DNA of 64,000 bases from Paraspadella gotoi (Eukaryota; Animalia; Chaetognatha): contig CM119265.1 of NCBI GenBank assembly GCA_051294375.1, positions 716,089 to 780,088 of the forward strand, read 5' to 3'. A model generated the notes under the pieces. That model saw nothing but the letters and a program-made list of their open reading frames with translations, did no database searches and was not told where the DNA came from. A program made the position numbers and the translations under genes. Of this stretch, positions 1-13,590 are shown piece after piece; the stretch's first letter is position 1, and each line of letters opens with the position of its first letter.

Positions 1-342
1 AATCGAGGAGTGGAAATGAGTTTGCATGAAAAAAACCAAAATCGAGTTGACTTGAATTTTTATTATTTCTGCTTATTCATAAATGTTTTAATTAACTAGT
101 TAATTAAAGATGAAATTTGAAAAAAAATGATGCAATTTAAAAAATGCATGTTAAAAATATTATGCAAGTTGCATAATTTTTTAAACTTACATAATTTTTT
201 AAACTTGCATATATTTTTCAAGTTGAAAAAATGATGCAAGTTGAAAAAATGAGTGCATAGTTACAAAACCGATACGAGTTTGAAAAAAATGAATGTGAGT
301 TTAAAAAATTATGTGAGTTGAAAAAACGATGTAAATTTAAAT

Positions 343-1157
343 AAGTTTGATCAAACAATGTCGAATCTGCCCACGATCATTATCGGTAAATAATTAATTA
401 ATAATCAAATTATTCAAGTTAATTAATTAAGCAATTAATTAATTAAATGATCCCAAATGTTTGTTTTTAGGTCTTTTCGTCACTAACCACGACATAAGCA
501 ATGACGATGATGAGAATAATGCCGATAATGATTGACTTGATTTATTGACTGATTTATTAATTATTTATTATTTAATTAATTGACTAATTGATTAATTATT
601 TGATTAATTAATACATCTTGAATTTACATTTGATATAAAAGGAAAAATAAGCATAATCAATTAGTGAATCAGGTTTTTTGTTTTTTCCATTTAAACTCAT
701 TTCCACCAAGACGATTCCATCGAAACTTGATTTCCAGCTTAATCACACACTTTCCTACCCACATACCAAATTCAAGGTCAATCGCCCCATCCACTCATGA
801 GCAATTGGTGTTCAAATAGTGAAATATATTTTGTTGTTTTTTCCATTTAAACTCTTTTCCACTCGGACGATTCCATCGAAACTTCATATCAAGCTCAATC
901 ACACACTTCCCTACCCACACACAAAATGTCATTCAAATCCATCCATCCAATTACAAGTAATTGGTGTTTTTTGCTAAGGTGGTACGGACGGATGGACGGA
1001 TGGATGGACAGACATCATTTTTTTTGCATAATTTATCATAATTCGATGTTCTGACATGATATAAGTGTGTGCCCGACAATATTGAGGGGGCGGACCGACG
1101 GACCGACAAAATGAATTATAGAGTCAAGATCTGCTTATAATCAGATCCGACTAAAAA
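343..1157 (-). mobile_element. DINE-1/HINE-like (Helentron-associated) non-autonomous element
   Basis: Subterminal inverted repeats TAGTCGGATCTG / GCAGAT(C/T)CGAC, (GTCC)n tract, terminal hairpin GTTTG..CAAAC. Nested in another copy ending at about 1438. Confidence 0.7.
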
Positions 1158-1475
1158 TTATACAAGTTGAAAAAATTATGCCGGTTGAAAAAATTATGCA
1201 AGTGAAAAAAAAGATGCAAATGTACTATATCTATAATTATTTATACCATAGTAACAGTTCAGTTTAATCGGTTGAAAGCGATTTACATGTATTGGCGCAG
1301 CCACCGGGTTGATTTGATGTATGATGGTATGATGTTATGATCAGTTAATATCACAAATATAAAGAATTATCGTGATTTATCATCTGATTACTGCTTAATT
1401 ATCATAGGCGGATCCGACATTGTTTGCTCAAACTTGTTATTAATTATGAATGTATGATTACAATTTTTTTTTCAG

Positions 1476-1959
1476 ATCCTACTTTGATAGTTTCCGTTGC
1501 TTTACTACAAATAGAGCAAAAAAAGCCTGGATTAAAGTTTCACTTGGCAGAAAATACAAAGGTTACTCAATAATATTAAATTCTGAATATTAAAGCAAAA
1601 AATGTAAAACTAAGTAAATTCTCAAACAAAGAAAGAATTTGCCTTCTTATTCAAAAGCAACAGTAACTATAACTTAACAATTTTTATTGTCAGTTGCAAA
1701 AGTTAAAATCTACAATCGTAGCAATAAAAAGTCTCATTGGGAGCGACTTTTTCCATTTCACATTGAAGTCCTTGATGGTGAAAAGGTTCACATCTGTGGT
1801 GCATCACGGATTGAAAAAACTTCTTACACTCCACTGGTTGTGCTGGTTGATATCGATTGTGGCAGCAATGGAATTGTAGGGGATTCCGTTAAAATTGTCA
1901 AAGATGACATTGGCTTAATAAATATTTGTGAGGTTGAAGTTTATCCATTGGAAGAATGA
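1476..1959 (+). CDS. 3' coding exons (1476-1561, 1694-1959) of an upstream gene ending in an F-type-lectin/F5-8C-like domain; relative of genes A/B, 5' part outside the window
   Basis: ttcag|A..AAAG|gt and tcag|TT..TGA splice to SYFDSFRCFTTNRAKKAWIKVSLGRKYK-VAKVKIYNRSNKKSHWERLFPFHIEV...INICEVEVYPLEE*. The 86-nt exon size, phases and motifs match the lectin exons of genes A and B. Confidence 0.8.
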
Positions 1960-2432
1960 GGTAAGAACTACATGTGTTTTATTTCAGGAAATTTTCCAAA
2001 AATCCTAATAAAGCTAGAAAAAATGGTTATAAATTAGGTTAGGGTTTGGGTTAATTATTAAGCATTTGGAATGAGATGAGGGTTAGATAAAATTCAGGGA
2101 TAATTATCAAAAATATGGTGCTGTTAGAAAAAAGTTTAAACAACAGATGATTTAAAATGTGTGACTCATTTAAATTCTATATTAATGTTTTAGAGACAAA
2201 GTTTCGACTTTTAATGTATTATTTCTCTCTCTCTCTCTCTCCCTCTCTCTCTCCTTCTTTCTCACTATCTGACCATTTCACTTCTTTTCAAAACTAATAC
2301 TATCTGTTAGTGACCACTATCCTTTTCTCAACTCTGTGTTGCAAACTTTGCCCTCTCTCTGTTTCTCTCTCTGTCTCTCTCTCTCCCCTTTTTTTGCACA
2401 AATTTTGTCTAATATTAAAAATCAAATTGATG

Positions 2433-2467
2433 CTGATGAAGGCTTGCTTTAAAAGCCCAAACATGTA
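2433..2467 (+). ncRNA. Degenerate minimal hammerhead ribozyme (GAAA changed to CAAA) in a Penelope-type repeat
   Basis: CTGATGA-A-GGCTT gcttta AAGCC-CAAA-CATGTA. Confidence 0.55.
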
Positions 2468-5400
2468 TGTTTTCTTTATGGAAATAAATTGTTGTTGCTC
2501 TAATTTCAAACTTAGTATCTAATTCAATAACAAAACGATAGAAAGAATTATAACTCAATGCCAATGGATGATTTATTTAAAAATGTTTAATTTTGCAAAA
2601 TTAAATGTTCTATATTGCATTCAATAATTATTGTTATTTATAATTGACAATCACAAAGTTGCTTTTTGTCATTACAGTTTGGACGTCTCTACAAATGAAT
2701 GCGGAAAACGGCGATAAAATATTTGCTCTGAAAGATGATCTAATGGTGGTGCATATAATTATTGCTCATTAATTTGAAGTATACTCATTAGAGTGATTTA
2801 AAAATAATAAAATTTTTATAAAATCAAAATTTGGCATTTAAAACATGAAAAAAATATTAATTTTATATATTAGTTGGGACTAGTGGGCTATATTTATATA
2901 TAGTAATAAGTAAATAATAGGCTAAAATTTCAAAATACAAATTTTCAAATTCTAAGACCCGATTTGGATTTTTTTACAAAAAGTTAATATAGGAATGTAT
3001 AATTTTTTTATAAATAGTTTCACTAAGTCACCAAATTATATTTAAAATGCCAATTATTAATTTCCAGCCTAAAAATATAGTTTTTGTAATTTTAACCTAA
3101 TAATTACATAATTGTTAAAAAGGATTTATATTTTCTTAAATCAACTTTTAGGAGGAAACTGAATCTGTTCTCAGAATTTGAAAAAAAATATTTTTACATT
3201 TGACTGGGCTATATTAGATTAGTAATAAAAGAAAAAAAAATCACTAATGGGATAGTTTTCAGGTTATCATTAATTGCTAAATTTTGATTACAAACTTTCA
3301 CTTTACCCTAATACTCATGTTAAAAGATTGAATCATTTAATAGAGAGAGATTTTTTTTAATTTCATATCAAGAATGATACAGTAACATACATCAGCAACA
3401 AAATAAACCAAAGAAATAAAAATAGAATTAAGAGGTTAACGGTGAAGGAAAACTAATCTACGACATCATTTCTATATTTTCATAGAAATGAGACAAAACT
3501 TTATTTTTCGTCAAGGTTAATCATTACATGGTGACAATTTTACAAAAGCCGGTAGAAATACGCTGTCATTTGCAAACTAGCGGTTATTTCATTGATTTTA
3601 AAAATTAGTTGAGTAGAAAATACTAAAAATATTTATGTGTTAAAATTTTATATTCATCAGTTAAGATATGCCTTGACAATTAGTGGAGAAAATTGGCTTT
3701 TCAAATCGGGTTTCATTTTCCAACTCACTGTTTTTAAATTCAATTTTTTTATTAAAATATTAAGAATATTAATATCCTCAGAAAGCCCTTACAAATATGA
3801 AGAGAATGATATACTTACGAAAGCTCTAACATAAAAAGTAAGCTGCCCAGCCTTGGTTCAATTAAGAGTGTCAAAAGTAAATTATTTAAAATTTTAAATG
3901 TTTTCAAAATATATGACCTGTTTAAATTATTATAACATAAATTATTATTATTTATATAAATATCATTAAAGAGCCTGAGAAAAATGATTTAAGATAAAAA
4001 TTATAAATTTACTCTCCTGCTATTGATTTTTAAAAAGATGTCTCGTTTTTGAGTATCCTAATTAAATTAAAGCTGGACCAGTTAAATTTTATACTACAGT
4101 ATTCGTAAGTACATCATTCTCTTTAGATTTGAAAGGGCTTTCAGAAGATAATAATAATAATATTATTTTATTTCAAATTTCTTCAGAAAACTTACTGAAA
4201 AAAATTAAATCTAAAAAAGTGAGTTTAAAAATAAGAAATGATTTTCAAATCCATCTTCCTGCTATCATTGCTGAGGCATATCAAAGTCGATTCTGATAAA
4301 ATTTGCATATATAAATAGTTTGGGTTGTTACTTTTAAATTCATATTTAACATTGAAAAAATCTTTATGGGTTGGCAAATGACAGCGTTTTTCTACCGGCG
4401 CTTGTAAAATTGTCACCATGTATTTTGAAAATATGATAAATGTCAGGGTAACCAAAAAATTGTCTAAGGTTTCTGATGCTTTCCCAATCTATGCCAGCCT
4501 ATGTTGTAGTTCACGCAGGAGTTGCAGGTGTGGTTCTAGTTGGTTGGCGACTTCACCATGGCCATATCGCTAGGGCACTGGCGATGTCGCCAGTACCCCC
4601 ACCTCGCCAGTGATAAAAGTAGCGAATATAATGAAAAGGGCGAGATAGAGGAGAAGCTTGCAGCTGATGTTGAGACACGAGGATGAAAGCATCCCCCAAG
4701 CCTAACCTTAACCAAGGCCTTCCGTTCAATTCCATGACTCCCCTCAACCCTAACCCGAGTCCGGGCCTCCCATACATCTCCGACCCTCAACCCTAACTCT
4801 AACCACCTTTTCCAGATTTAAGTTACATCCTAGATATTTCCAACTCATGACTCTTTCGATACGACTTGAATTAACATTTAAATACCAGAACCAATCCCAT
4901 AATCGTTTTTTTGAAATTAAAATAAAAACCGAATTTCTTCCCATATTCAACATTACACAATCATTCTCTGCATGCCTCCTAATGTGGGTGATGACAGGAC
5001 TACGTCATCAGCAAAAAAATGCAACCTACAAATATATTTATAATGTGATAACCAATACCAGATTTTTTTAAGCTGCCATTATAAATTACGGTGTACCCTT
5101 AGTTTTTTTAAAGTTAAATAAATTAATTAAATTAAATAAAATAAATAAATTAAAGTTCAATAAATTATAAAGACTTGGGCATAAATTTTATCTGTTTGAG
5201 ATCAGTTATTTTTTAAAAATTAGGTGTTTTTATTCATGACAAGTAATGATACAGATTTATGCAAAAATACATTAAAAGGCAAATAAAATGTTAAAAAATG
5301 AAGTTCTCAACAGCAAAGTTTAAAAAATGGATCTATTTTAGACTGATCTTTTCTCTGTAATTTTGTTTCAATGTAGTTAATTGAAATGAAAAAAAGTGCT

Positions 5401-5695
5401 TTGTTTTTTTTTCTTTTTTCTTTATGAATAATGATCATAACTGTTGTGATTTTTGTAGCAGATATGATGGTTTTCATTGTTGTTAAAATTTTGGTGGATA
5501 TACAGTTTTTGTAGTAGTGGTTTTGGTAGTTCATAATTATTGGATTATTTTTACAACAATGTCAGTATGTATTATTTATTATTTGTTCTGGAGATTTGGG
5601 TATTGTGATTATTGTATTGCATATTGTAACAGTATTCATAAGCATTCAATATGAAAACATGATACAATAATCCTTTCTTTTTCGTTGTTTTTTTA

Positions 5696-5931
5696 ATATT
5701 AGAGAAAGCAAAGTGTTTTCGAAATTGTAACAACAATTTTTATTTGAAAGATGGACATGTTAATCAGCATTTAACATTCATTAAAATTTTTTTGCAAAAG
5801 AAGAGTGAGAGAGAGAAAGAGAGAGAGAGGGTAAAAGTTTTCCAACAAAGTGGTGAGACAGAATAGCGGTCAGATGTGAAGACAGGTTGAAGGTGAAGAT
5901 AGATTGAGTGAGTTTTGAAAAGATACTTGTT

Positions 5932-5974
<43 letters not shown>

Positions 5975-7206
5975 AACAACAGAGATAAATAAATAATAAA
6001 GATACATTTGCAATGTACAACAAAGATGTTTGAAAAACTAATATTGGTGAAATTTAACAAGTGACTGTATAAGCTAAGAGATAGTTAAGTGAAATTTCAA
6101 ATGTGAAAGAAAGTAGTTTATAGTTTTAGATGATAATTAAAAGACTAAGAAAATGAAATCCAAGGAAAAAAAGAGCTCAAAATGAGCAAGTCTCTGACAG
6201 ATTGATTCCAACAGCACAAAAAACCTTACCGTGATGCCCGAGGTAACTATTTGTCCGCAATTGGAGGCCCCCCTGCCACCACGCCCGCACAATGACTCCC
6301 CTATCTCCACTTAATGAGACAGGCGGAGGCCCTTGCCCAGGCAATGGGCAAATGATGCCTCTCCCTCAAATGTAGCAACTCAGCCCCTCCCTCTGCGGAC
6401 TGATCGTCGCCCAAAACGACGGCTTCAGGAGGAAGGAGAAGAATCCGTCACTCCTGTCCCAAAAGTAGAAAAAACGGTCAACCGCTCGCCTTGTCAGCAG
6501 ATGAGAGGGCAGCCGGCAGGCGTATCAGGCCAAAGACATAAGAATGGCCCTGGGGATCTTTCCGCAAGGATCGATTCCCAATGCAGCATTCACCAGTTCG
6601 GTTGTACTCTCCTCTCAGCCACTGACGCGCCAATGACCCATCATCATTGTTCTTGTCCTTCATTTGTACAAAACAAGGGGGGCCAGCTCATTTTGAGCTC
6701 TTTCTTTTTCTTTGATTTCATTTTCTTAGTCTCTTAATTATCACCTAAAACTATAAACTACTTTCTTTCATATTTCAAATTTCACTTAACTATCTCTTAG
6801 CTAATTGCTTATACAGTCACTTGTTAAATTTCACCAATATTAGTTTTTCAAACTTTTTTATCTTTGTTGTACATAGCAAAAGTATCTTTATTATTTATTT
6901 ATCTATGTTGTTTCTCTCTCTCTTTCTCTCTCTCTAACAAGTTTCTCTTCTTTTCACAACTCACTCAATCTGTCCTCACCTTCAACCTGTTCTCACATCT
7001 GACCACTATTCTGTCTCACCACTTTGTTGGAAAACTTTGGCCCTTTCTCTCTCTCTCTCTTTCTCTCTCTAACACTCTTTTTTTGCAAAATTTTTTTAAT
7101 GAATGTTAAATGCTGATGAAGGCTTGAAGTCAACAAGCCGAAACATGTCCATCTCCCAAATAAAAATTGTTGTTACAATTTCGAAAACACTTTGCTTTCT
7201 CTAATA
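5696..7206. mobile_element. Inverted pair of Penelope-type non-autonomous repeats (about 5696-6187 and 6686-7206) around a 500-bp GC-rich spacer
   Basis: The arms are reverse complements. The right arm has an intact hammerhead; the left arm has helix II deleted (5753-5768). Confidence 0.7.
7113..7149 (+). ncRNA. Minimal type I hammerhead ribozyme (Penelope-like element type)
   Basis: CTGATGA-A-GGCTTG aagtcaa CAAGCC-GAAA-CATGTC; palindromic ACATGT helix III, GUC cleavage triplet, ATG/CAT helix I. Confidence 0.85.
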
Positions 7207-8617
7207 TAAAAACAAAAAATAGAAAAAATAATTAAAGCTCTCGGTTTACTGATATCGTTTGACATATAGATGTTTGAATTGAGACTATATTTTGCAAAAT
7301 TATAACAAAAGTTATCAAATTTTCTCAAACATTTACTTACCAACTTCAACTGCAATTAAAAAAAAAACTGAGTTTGATAAAAATTTTAGACTAAGCCTAA
7401 GCTTTTCCCCTGACATCAACCTTTCAGGTTTTCATCATTCCAGAAATGGTATATTTTGATTTTATTTTTCCTCCTATAAAAAGAACCTTGAGTAAAAAGT
7501 GATTTTTTTTTATTTAAACTCATTTTATTTTACACAATTTTAAAAAAACCTTATTTCCAGCGAAAGCACACATTTCTTTAACTACTCACAATATTTTAGT
7601 TTCATTAAATCTATCCAATCACGTCTAATTTGAGAGACAGATAGACGGAGAGTCAAACAAACATATGGATAGCTTTGTTCTGAGATGATGTGACTGACTG
7701 ACTGACCCAACTATTGGCATCAACCAAAAGAACAACAAAATGAAAGAGTCTGATCTGTGGAAAATAATCCGACTAAAAATCAAAGATCAGAAATTGTTTA
7801 ATTCAAAACTGGATTTCACAAACGTGACTCAAGAAAATTTTAATTAAGGAAAAATGAATTAATCGGTGGAACAATTCTTTGAAGCAAGTCAAACAGGACT
7901 TGATTCCTGAGCAAACTGAGTTCTTAAGTTACCCTTCAAGGTACAAAAGAGAAAAAAGAACTTAATTTAATTTCTACAAATTATATTTTCAGCAAAAAGA
8001 GAATAATAAGCTTCATTTTGACAATCAGTCTTTTTGATTGATAGAGATTGATAGATAAGAGTTTTTGATACAGAAATTTTAAAACCAAGAGATAATAAGA
8101 GAGAGAGAGAGAGAAAGAGAGAAAGAGAGAGACTGTATAAATTTTTTAATCATTTAAATTAGAGGTAAAGATAACTTTTGAGTGAATCTGGTGTCACACT
8201 GTTCTTTGACTTATATATATATATATATATAATATCTCTCCATCTTTCTCCTCTTCCTCTTCCCACTCAAATGTTCATCTGGTTCATTACTTCTGAAGAC
8301 ACATGTATGCAACGTGACTCTTTTAGATGCAACCTTCACCCTAAATGACAGGTTTTCGTTTTTCTCCTTAATTCTTCTTTTCGTCTACTTATCCTGTGTC
8401 TACTCTTAATTGATCTCCTATTATTATCTCATTACGTTGTCATCCAAGACATTTAGCTAAAGATCTAAAACTAACAAGAACGGTAATTCCAATTTGTTGC
8501 GACGCAGTGACTGTCTTATCACGTGTATTTATATTGACATAACATGACATGACATGACGTGACTACATGACTACAATAACTTTCTCAGCCCTTGTATTAA
8601 TGATATGCACTCCATCA

Positions 8618-10089
8618 AACAAGTTTGAGCAAACAATGTCGGATCTGCCTATGATAATTAAGCGGTAATAAACTAATCCGATGATAAATCATGGTAATTT
8701 TTCTGACTCAATTTGTGATTATAACTAATCATAACAAACTTCTTAATAAATCTATGAAAAAATCTATAAATCAATTGATCTATTAATTTGGTCAATTGAC
8801 ATAATTTGGTCATCTGGCATATTAGGTCAACAGGCATAAATTGGTCAACTGGCATAATTTGGTCAACTGGCATGATTTGGTCAACTGGCATAATTTGGTC
8901 AACTGGTATAATTTGGTTAACTTGCTTAATTTGGTCAACTGACATAATTAGGTCAACTGGCAAATTTGGCAACCGGCATAATTTGGTCAACTTGCATAAT
9001 TAGATCAACTTGCAGGTCGAAATGAACAGTTTCTGTCTCCAAAGGAGCTGTGGCACCAGCGCTTGGCACCGGCGGCGGTGGCGGTGGCGGCGGCATCAAA
9101 GTGCTTCCGCTCCGGCGAGGCGTCGGGTTTGAAGCGTGGCGGCGTCGAGGATTGGGCCGCGAAGAGCTTGGCGTCCCACGGGCGACAGCCGGCGGCAAAT
9201 AATCCGGCCGGAGAAGGGAGACGCCTTCAGGGGTTTGCGGCGCCTCTGCGGAGCTTTCGCGAGCGCTGGTTGGTTCGTCAGAACCACCCAGGCGCCTCCT
9301 CTTTGGCGCAGTAACTCCCGAGTCCTCAGGCGCCTGATTTTCCATGGGGCAGGCGGCGCCCGGGCTAGAGGCGGTAGAAAGGCGGCAGGGGGAGCCTGGG
9401 CGGCGCCAACGCCCGGCGAGGTCGGGGCAGAAGAGTGTCCGCGTCCAACGCTTCGTCTGGGAATGAATCCCTCCATAATGAATTCGTTTCTTTTTTTTTT
9501 TAAATTAGTGTGAGAAGGTTGCGTAAAATTTGTTGCAAGTCGGGCTTACCACTTTGGGATCTGACTTTGTAGATTTTTGTAGAGAAAAATATCGAGTTTT
9601 TTCAGTTTAAAGATAAGACATGTAATGATTGAAATCATTCAAAAACGAGGTAAGGTAAAAGACAAAACAATGGTAAGTAAGAAATAAGGGAAAACGCTAA
9701 ACAATAGTAAAGGTAAGGTTGATTTAAGGTCAGGAACTTGACCTTGGTCAAATGTCATTTTCATTCCCGCGGTTGTTGTCGTTGTTGTTGTTGTCATCGC
9801 CGCAACTTCTATAATTTAATCAACTTGCATTATTTGGTCAACTGGCATAATTTGGTCAACTGACATAATATGGTCAACTGGCATAATTTTTTTCAACTTT
9901 TATAATTTGGTAAACTTGCAAAATGTGGTCAACTGGCATAATTTTTTTAACTTGTATAATTTGTTCAACTTGCAAAATGTGGTCGACTGGCATTATTTGG
10001 TAAATTGTCGTAATTTGGTCAACTGGCATATTTTGGTCAACTGACATAATTTGCTCAACTGCAAAATTTGGTCAACCGGCATAATTTGG

Positions 10090-10124
<35 letters not shown>

Positions 10125-10403
10125 GAGAGAGATAGAAACTTTAAAAAATTGATATAAATGTGTCTTTTGGTTTTCTGTTTTAAACTTTTTTTCACTCCTA
10201 CGATTCCATCAAAAACTTATATCCAGCTTAATCTCATAGTTTCCTACCCACACACAAAATTCCATTTCAATTTTTCTATCCAATTTTTAATAAATATAAT
10301 AATTGTGATTAAATATAAGTAAAAAGATGTTGGGGTGGGACCGACGGACTGACAAAAAGGATTATAGAGTCGGAATCTACTGATAAGCAGATCCGACTAA
10401 AAA
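8618..10403 (-). mobile_element. DINE-1/HINE-like element with an expanded 18-bp minisatellite (ATAATTTGGTCAACTGGC)
   Basis: Same termini as the other copies; arrays at about 8785-9013 and 9810-10090. Confidence 0.7.
9014..9810 (-). mobile_element. Truncated LTR-type element inserted in an 18-bp minisatellite
   Basis: Minus-strand PBS TGGTAAGCCCGAC (9539-9551) followed by GC-rich Pro/Arg-rich ORFs; no second LTR found. Confidence 0.55.
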
Positions 10404-11559
10404 GACTTAAAATAGAAAAAAATTAATTGGAGTGTTTGTTTGAGTCCTTTTCTAATTATACTATGAATTTTAAAAAGAACTACACTGCGGCGCAAAAAAA
10501 AGAAGACACTTCTTTCATACCGAAAAAAACTATATTGGATGGATGAATTTCACTAAGATATAGAAACATAAAACAAAGCTTATTGAAACATAAAGCGATT
10601 GCTCTCGGTCCCAATAAAATCATTCAAAGCGTCAGAAAGTTATAGGATGTCAAAGTCGATTGGTACAAAACATTAATTTTAATCAAAAAAAGTCTTTAAC
10701 TTTTTTTATTATAATATATTTATAATATGAAACTAGCTGAAAAAATTCAGCATCAAACATTTGTAAGGATAGGTGTCAACCATTTTCAACCTAAATCAAA
10801 TTAAAATAAGTAGGGAAACTATATAAAAAAAACAATTTTTAAAAATAAAAAAAGTAGTCGAATGATAACTTACCCAAGGTTAATTTCAAAGCTTTTTCAG
10901 ATTAAAGTTTTTTTCCTTATGACATCTCATGTTAAAGCAGACTAATATAAACTCTTACAATTATATTAAAATTATTTTTGTTATTTTCATTATAAAATTA
11001 CATTTTGATTTTGAGATAATTTTTAAAAAATTGATCGTTTTCAATATTTATTATTAAAATGCCATATTTGGCAGCAATTAAAAAAATATTTTCATAAAAA
11101 AGTAATACAAATTTATTGCCAACCCTTTTTTATGTTTTATTCAATTACAATTTTATTAATTCAATATTATAAACATCACTTTTTCCCAATACTGTTTTGA
11201 GACTCTGACTTTAAAGTTTTGCTATATTCTTCTGCTTGAACTAGGGCCAAACTTTGTTAATGAGGTAGGTCAGAAGTTTGATTTGGGAACCTTCCCAAAT
11301 GAAACTTCATACATTTCTGAGAAAGCTTTCAATGGACCAAAATTGCACTAGTAATTAATTTGTTATCATTTATTTATAGATAGAAAAAACCTGAAAAAAT
11401 CATCCTCATCATCATCATCCGATAAATTTAATAGTTTTTGTTAATTTTTAGTAATAAAACATCAAAATTTAAAAAGTTATAATTACATTTTTTGTTTAAC
11501 TTTTTGAGCTCTATCAGAATCATAATTAAAAAACTTAAAATATATAAAAAAAAAAATTT

Positions 11560-12211
11560 TGAAGAGACAGTAATATTGATAAGTGTTAATGACAGAACCG
11601 TTCAATATAAGCAGTCCCTGAGCTTCGGATCAGCTGTAACACCATGTTACAGGCGGGTTAAGCGCCCCGTCCCTCTTAACTGCTAGGCGGCCACTGGGCT
11701 AGAACCCCGGACCTTTGGGTTGGGAGGCGAATGACTTGCCTCCGGCACCAATGGCCGCTGATGAACGGTTGGTGGATTTTAGTCCACCATACATCCCCCC
11801 TCCTGTAGGGAGAAGTCTGTTGCGTCTCTTCAATGAATTGTTGTTGGTGGAAAGTGTGTCACCAGGTTGAGGCATGTCGCTTGATGTGTTGTTGGCGGAA
11901 AGTGCATCGCCAGGTTGAGGCATGTCGCCTGAAAGTGTTGTTGTTGCTGTTGTGTTCGGAAGTCGGGCTCACCAATGAAGAGACAGTAATTATTGATAAG
12001 TGTTAATGACAGAAAACGTTCAATATAAGCAGTCCCTGAGCTTCGGATCAGGCTGTAACACCATGTTACAGGCGGGCTAAGCGCCCCGTCCCTCTTAACT
12101 GCTAGGCGGCCACCGGGCTAAAACCCCGGACCTTTGGGTTGGGAGGCGAATGACTTGCCTCCGGCACCAATGGCCGCTAGATGAACGGTTGGTGGATTTT
12201 AGTCCACCATA
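11560..12211 (-). mobile_element. TRIM (non-autonomous LTR element) with tRNA-like LTRs, Helenus-like
   Basis: LTRs 11560-11791 and 11976-12211, PBS TGGTGAGCCCGAC, PPT GGAGGGGGGA, about 185 bp non-coding interior. Confidence 0.9.
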
Positions 12212-12423
12212 TATTTAACATTATATAGCAATATAATAATTTTAATTAACGAATTAACTCATTGTTCGGAACATTTTTGCAAAAAAATATTTTAACACAA
12301 TAGCTAAATACTAATAATGGATTAGTTTAATGCTGTTCCCATTAAAATTTAACTTTGGTTGGCTACCGCTACTTGAACCAATTCAAATTTTTCTTGCACC
12401 AATCGATAGCTCTTTAAAAAAGC

Positions 12424-12657
12424 TATGGTGGACAAAATTTCACCAACCATTCATCAGTGGCCATTGGTGCCGGAGGCAAGTCATTCGCCTCCCAACCCAA
12501 AGGTCCGGGGTACTAGCCCGGTGGTCGCTTAGCAGTTAAAAGGGACGAGGCGCTTAACCCGCCTGTAACATGGTGTTACAGCCTGATCCGAAGCTCAGGG
12601 ACTGCTTATATTGAACGGTTCTGTCACTAACACATAACAATAATTACTGTTTCTTCA
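12424..12657 (+). mobile_element. Solo LTR of the tRNA-containing TRIM
   Basis: TATGGTGGAC...TTCTTCA; flanks AAGC/GAGC. Confidence 0.85.
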
Positions 12658-13187
12658 GAGCTATATTTTTCATATATATTTTCTCAAAATTAAAAAAGAA
12701 ATAGTGGTGTATTTAAAAATACATAGTGTCTTCTTTTTTTTTCGCCGCAGTGTAGTTATTTTGTATTTACTTTGGATTAATTTTTATTGTCAATGTTACC
12801 TATAAAATTTTATATCATCCTTTATAAACGCTAAAGGTGTTAATCATAAGATTACTGATAATTTTACAGATTTCATAAACTACTATATTACTTTTTACTG
12901 TCTTTAAATTATTGATTCAATATTATTATCATTATTATTTCATTAAATCTTTAAAGTTTAAAAATATTACAATTATTTAAAAGAAACTTGATCTTAAAAC
13001 CAGTTTCCATTTCCATTTTCAAAAAAAACTTATAAAAAGTTTTTCTTGTTACAAAAATTTAGTCTCTTGATTTCTTCCTAAGAAATGAAGAATGTTAATT
13101 GGTTAATTTTTCTAATAAAATTTTCAAGTACTTCTTGTACTTGAAAGTTAAATAAACATATATTGAACTAATCATAAATTGTTCTTT

Positions 13188-13590
13188 ACTCTTCTTCCCA
13201 TCTTCTTCTCTTCTTCTTCCCATCTTCCTCTCTTCTTCTTCCCATCCTCTTCTCTTCTTCTTCCCATCTTTTTTTCTTCTTCTTCCCATTTTATTCTCTT
13301 CTTCTTCCCATCTTCTTCTCTTTCTTCTTCCCACCTTTTTCTCTTCTTCTTCCCATCTTCTTCTCTTCTTCTCATCCTCTTCTCTTCTTCTTCCCAACTT
13401 CAACTTTTCTTCTTCCCTTCTTCTCTTTCTCTTCCAATCTTCTTCACATCTTCTTCTCATCTTCTTCTCTTCTTTTTCTTGTTCTCTTCTCTTTTTCTTC
13501 CCATCTTCTTCTCTTTTTCTCCCTTCTTCTTCTTTTCTTTTTCCCATCTTCTACACTTTTTCTTCCCTTCTTCCCATTTTCTTCTCCCAA
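13188..13590. repeat. Pyrimidine-rich minisatellite (about CTCTTCTTCTTCCCATCTTCTT) just upstream of gene A
   Basis: Direct inspection; it explains the spurious E/K/R- and F/S-rich ORFs. Confidence 0.9.

Larger units (their letters stand above)
10483..12752. mobile_element. Non-autonomous Tc1/mariner-like DNA transposon hosting the TRIM and a solo LTR
   Basis: TIR CACTGCGGCG(C)AAAAAAAAGAAGACACT at both ends, TA on both flanks. Confidence 0.8.

Noticed and set aside
8673-9003. ORFs with VDQIMP / WSTGII repeats
   Set aside because: Products of an 18-bp minisatellite inside a HINE-like element.
8785-10090. Regular short repeats resembling a CRISPR array
   Set aside because: Head-to-tail units without unique spacers, in a eukaryotic context with no cas genes.
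11758-11791. CTGATGA in the TRIM LTR (antisense) as a hammerhead
   Set aside because: No helix II followed by GAAA and no cleavage triplet.
11699-11923. 74-92 aa ORFs in the TRIM (also 47741-48019)
   Set aside because: They run from a short internal tandem repeat into the LTR, end differently between copies, and show no protein motif.
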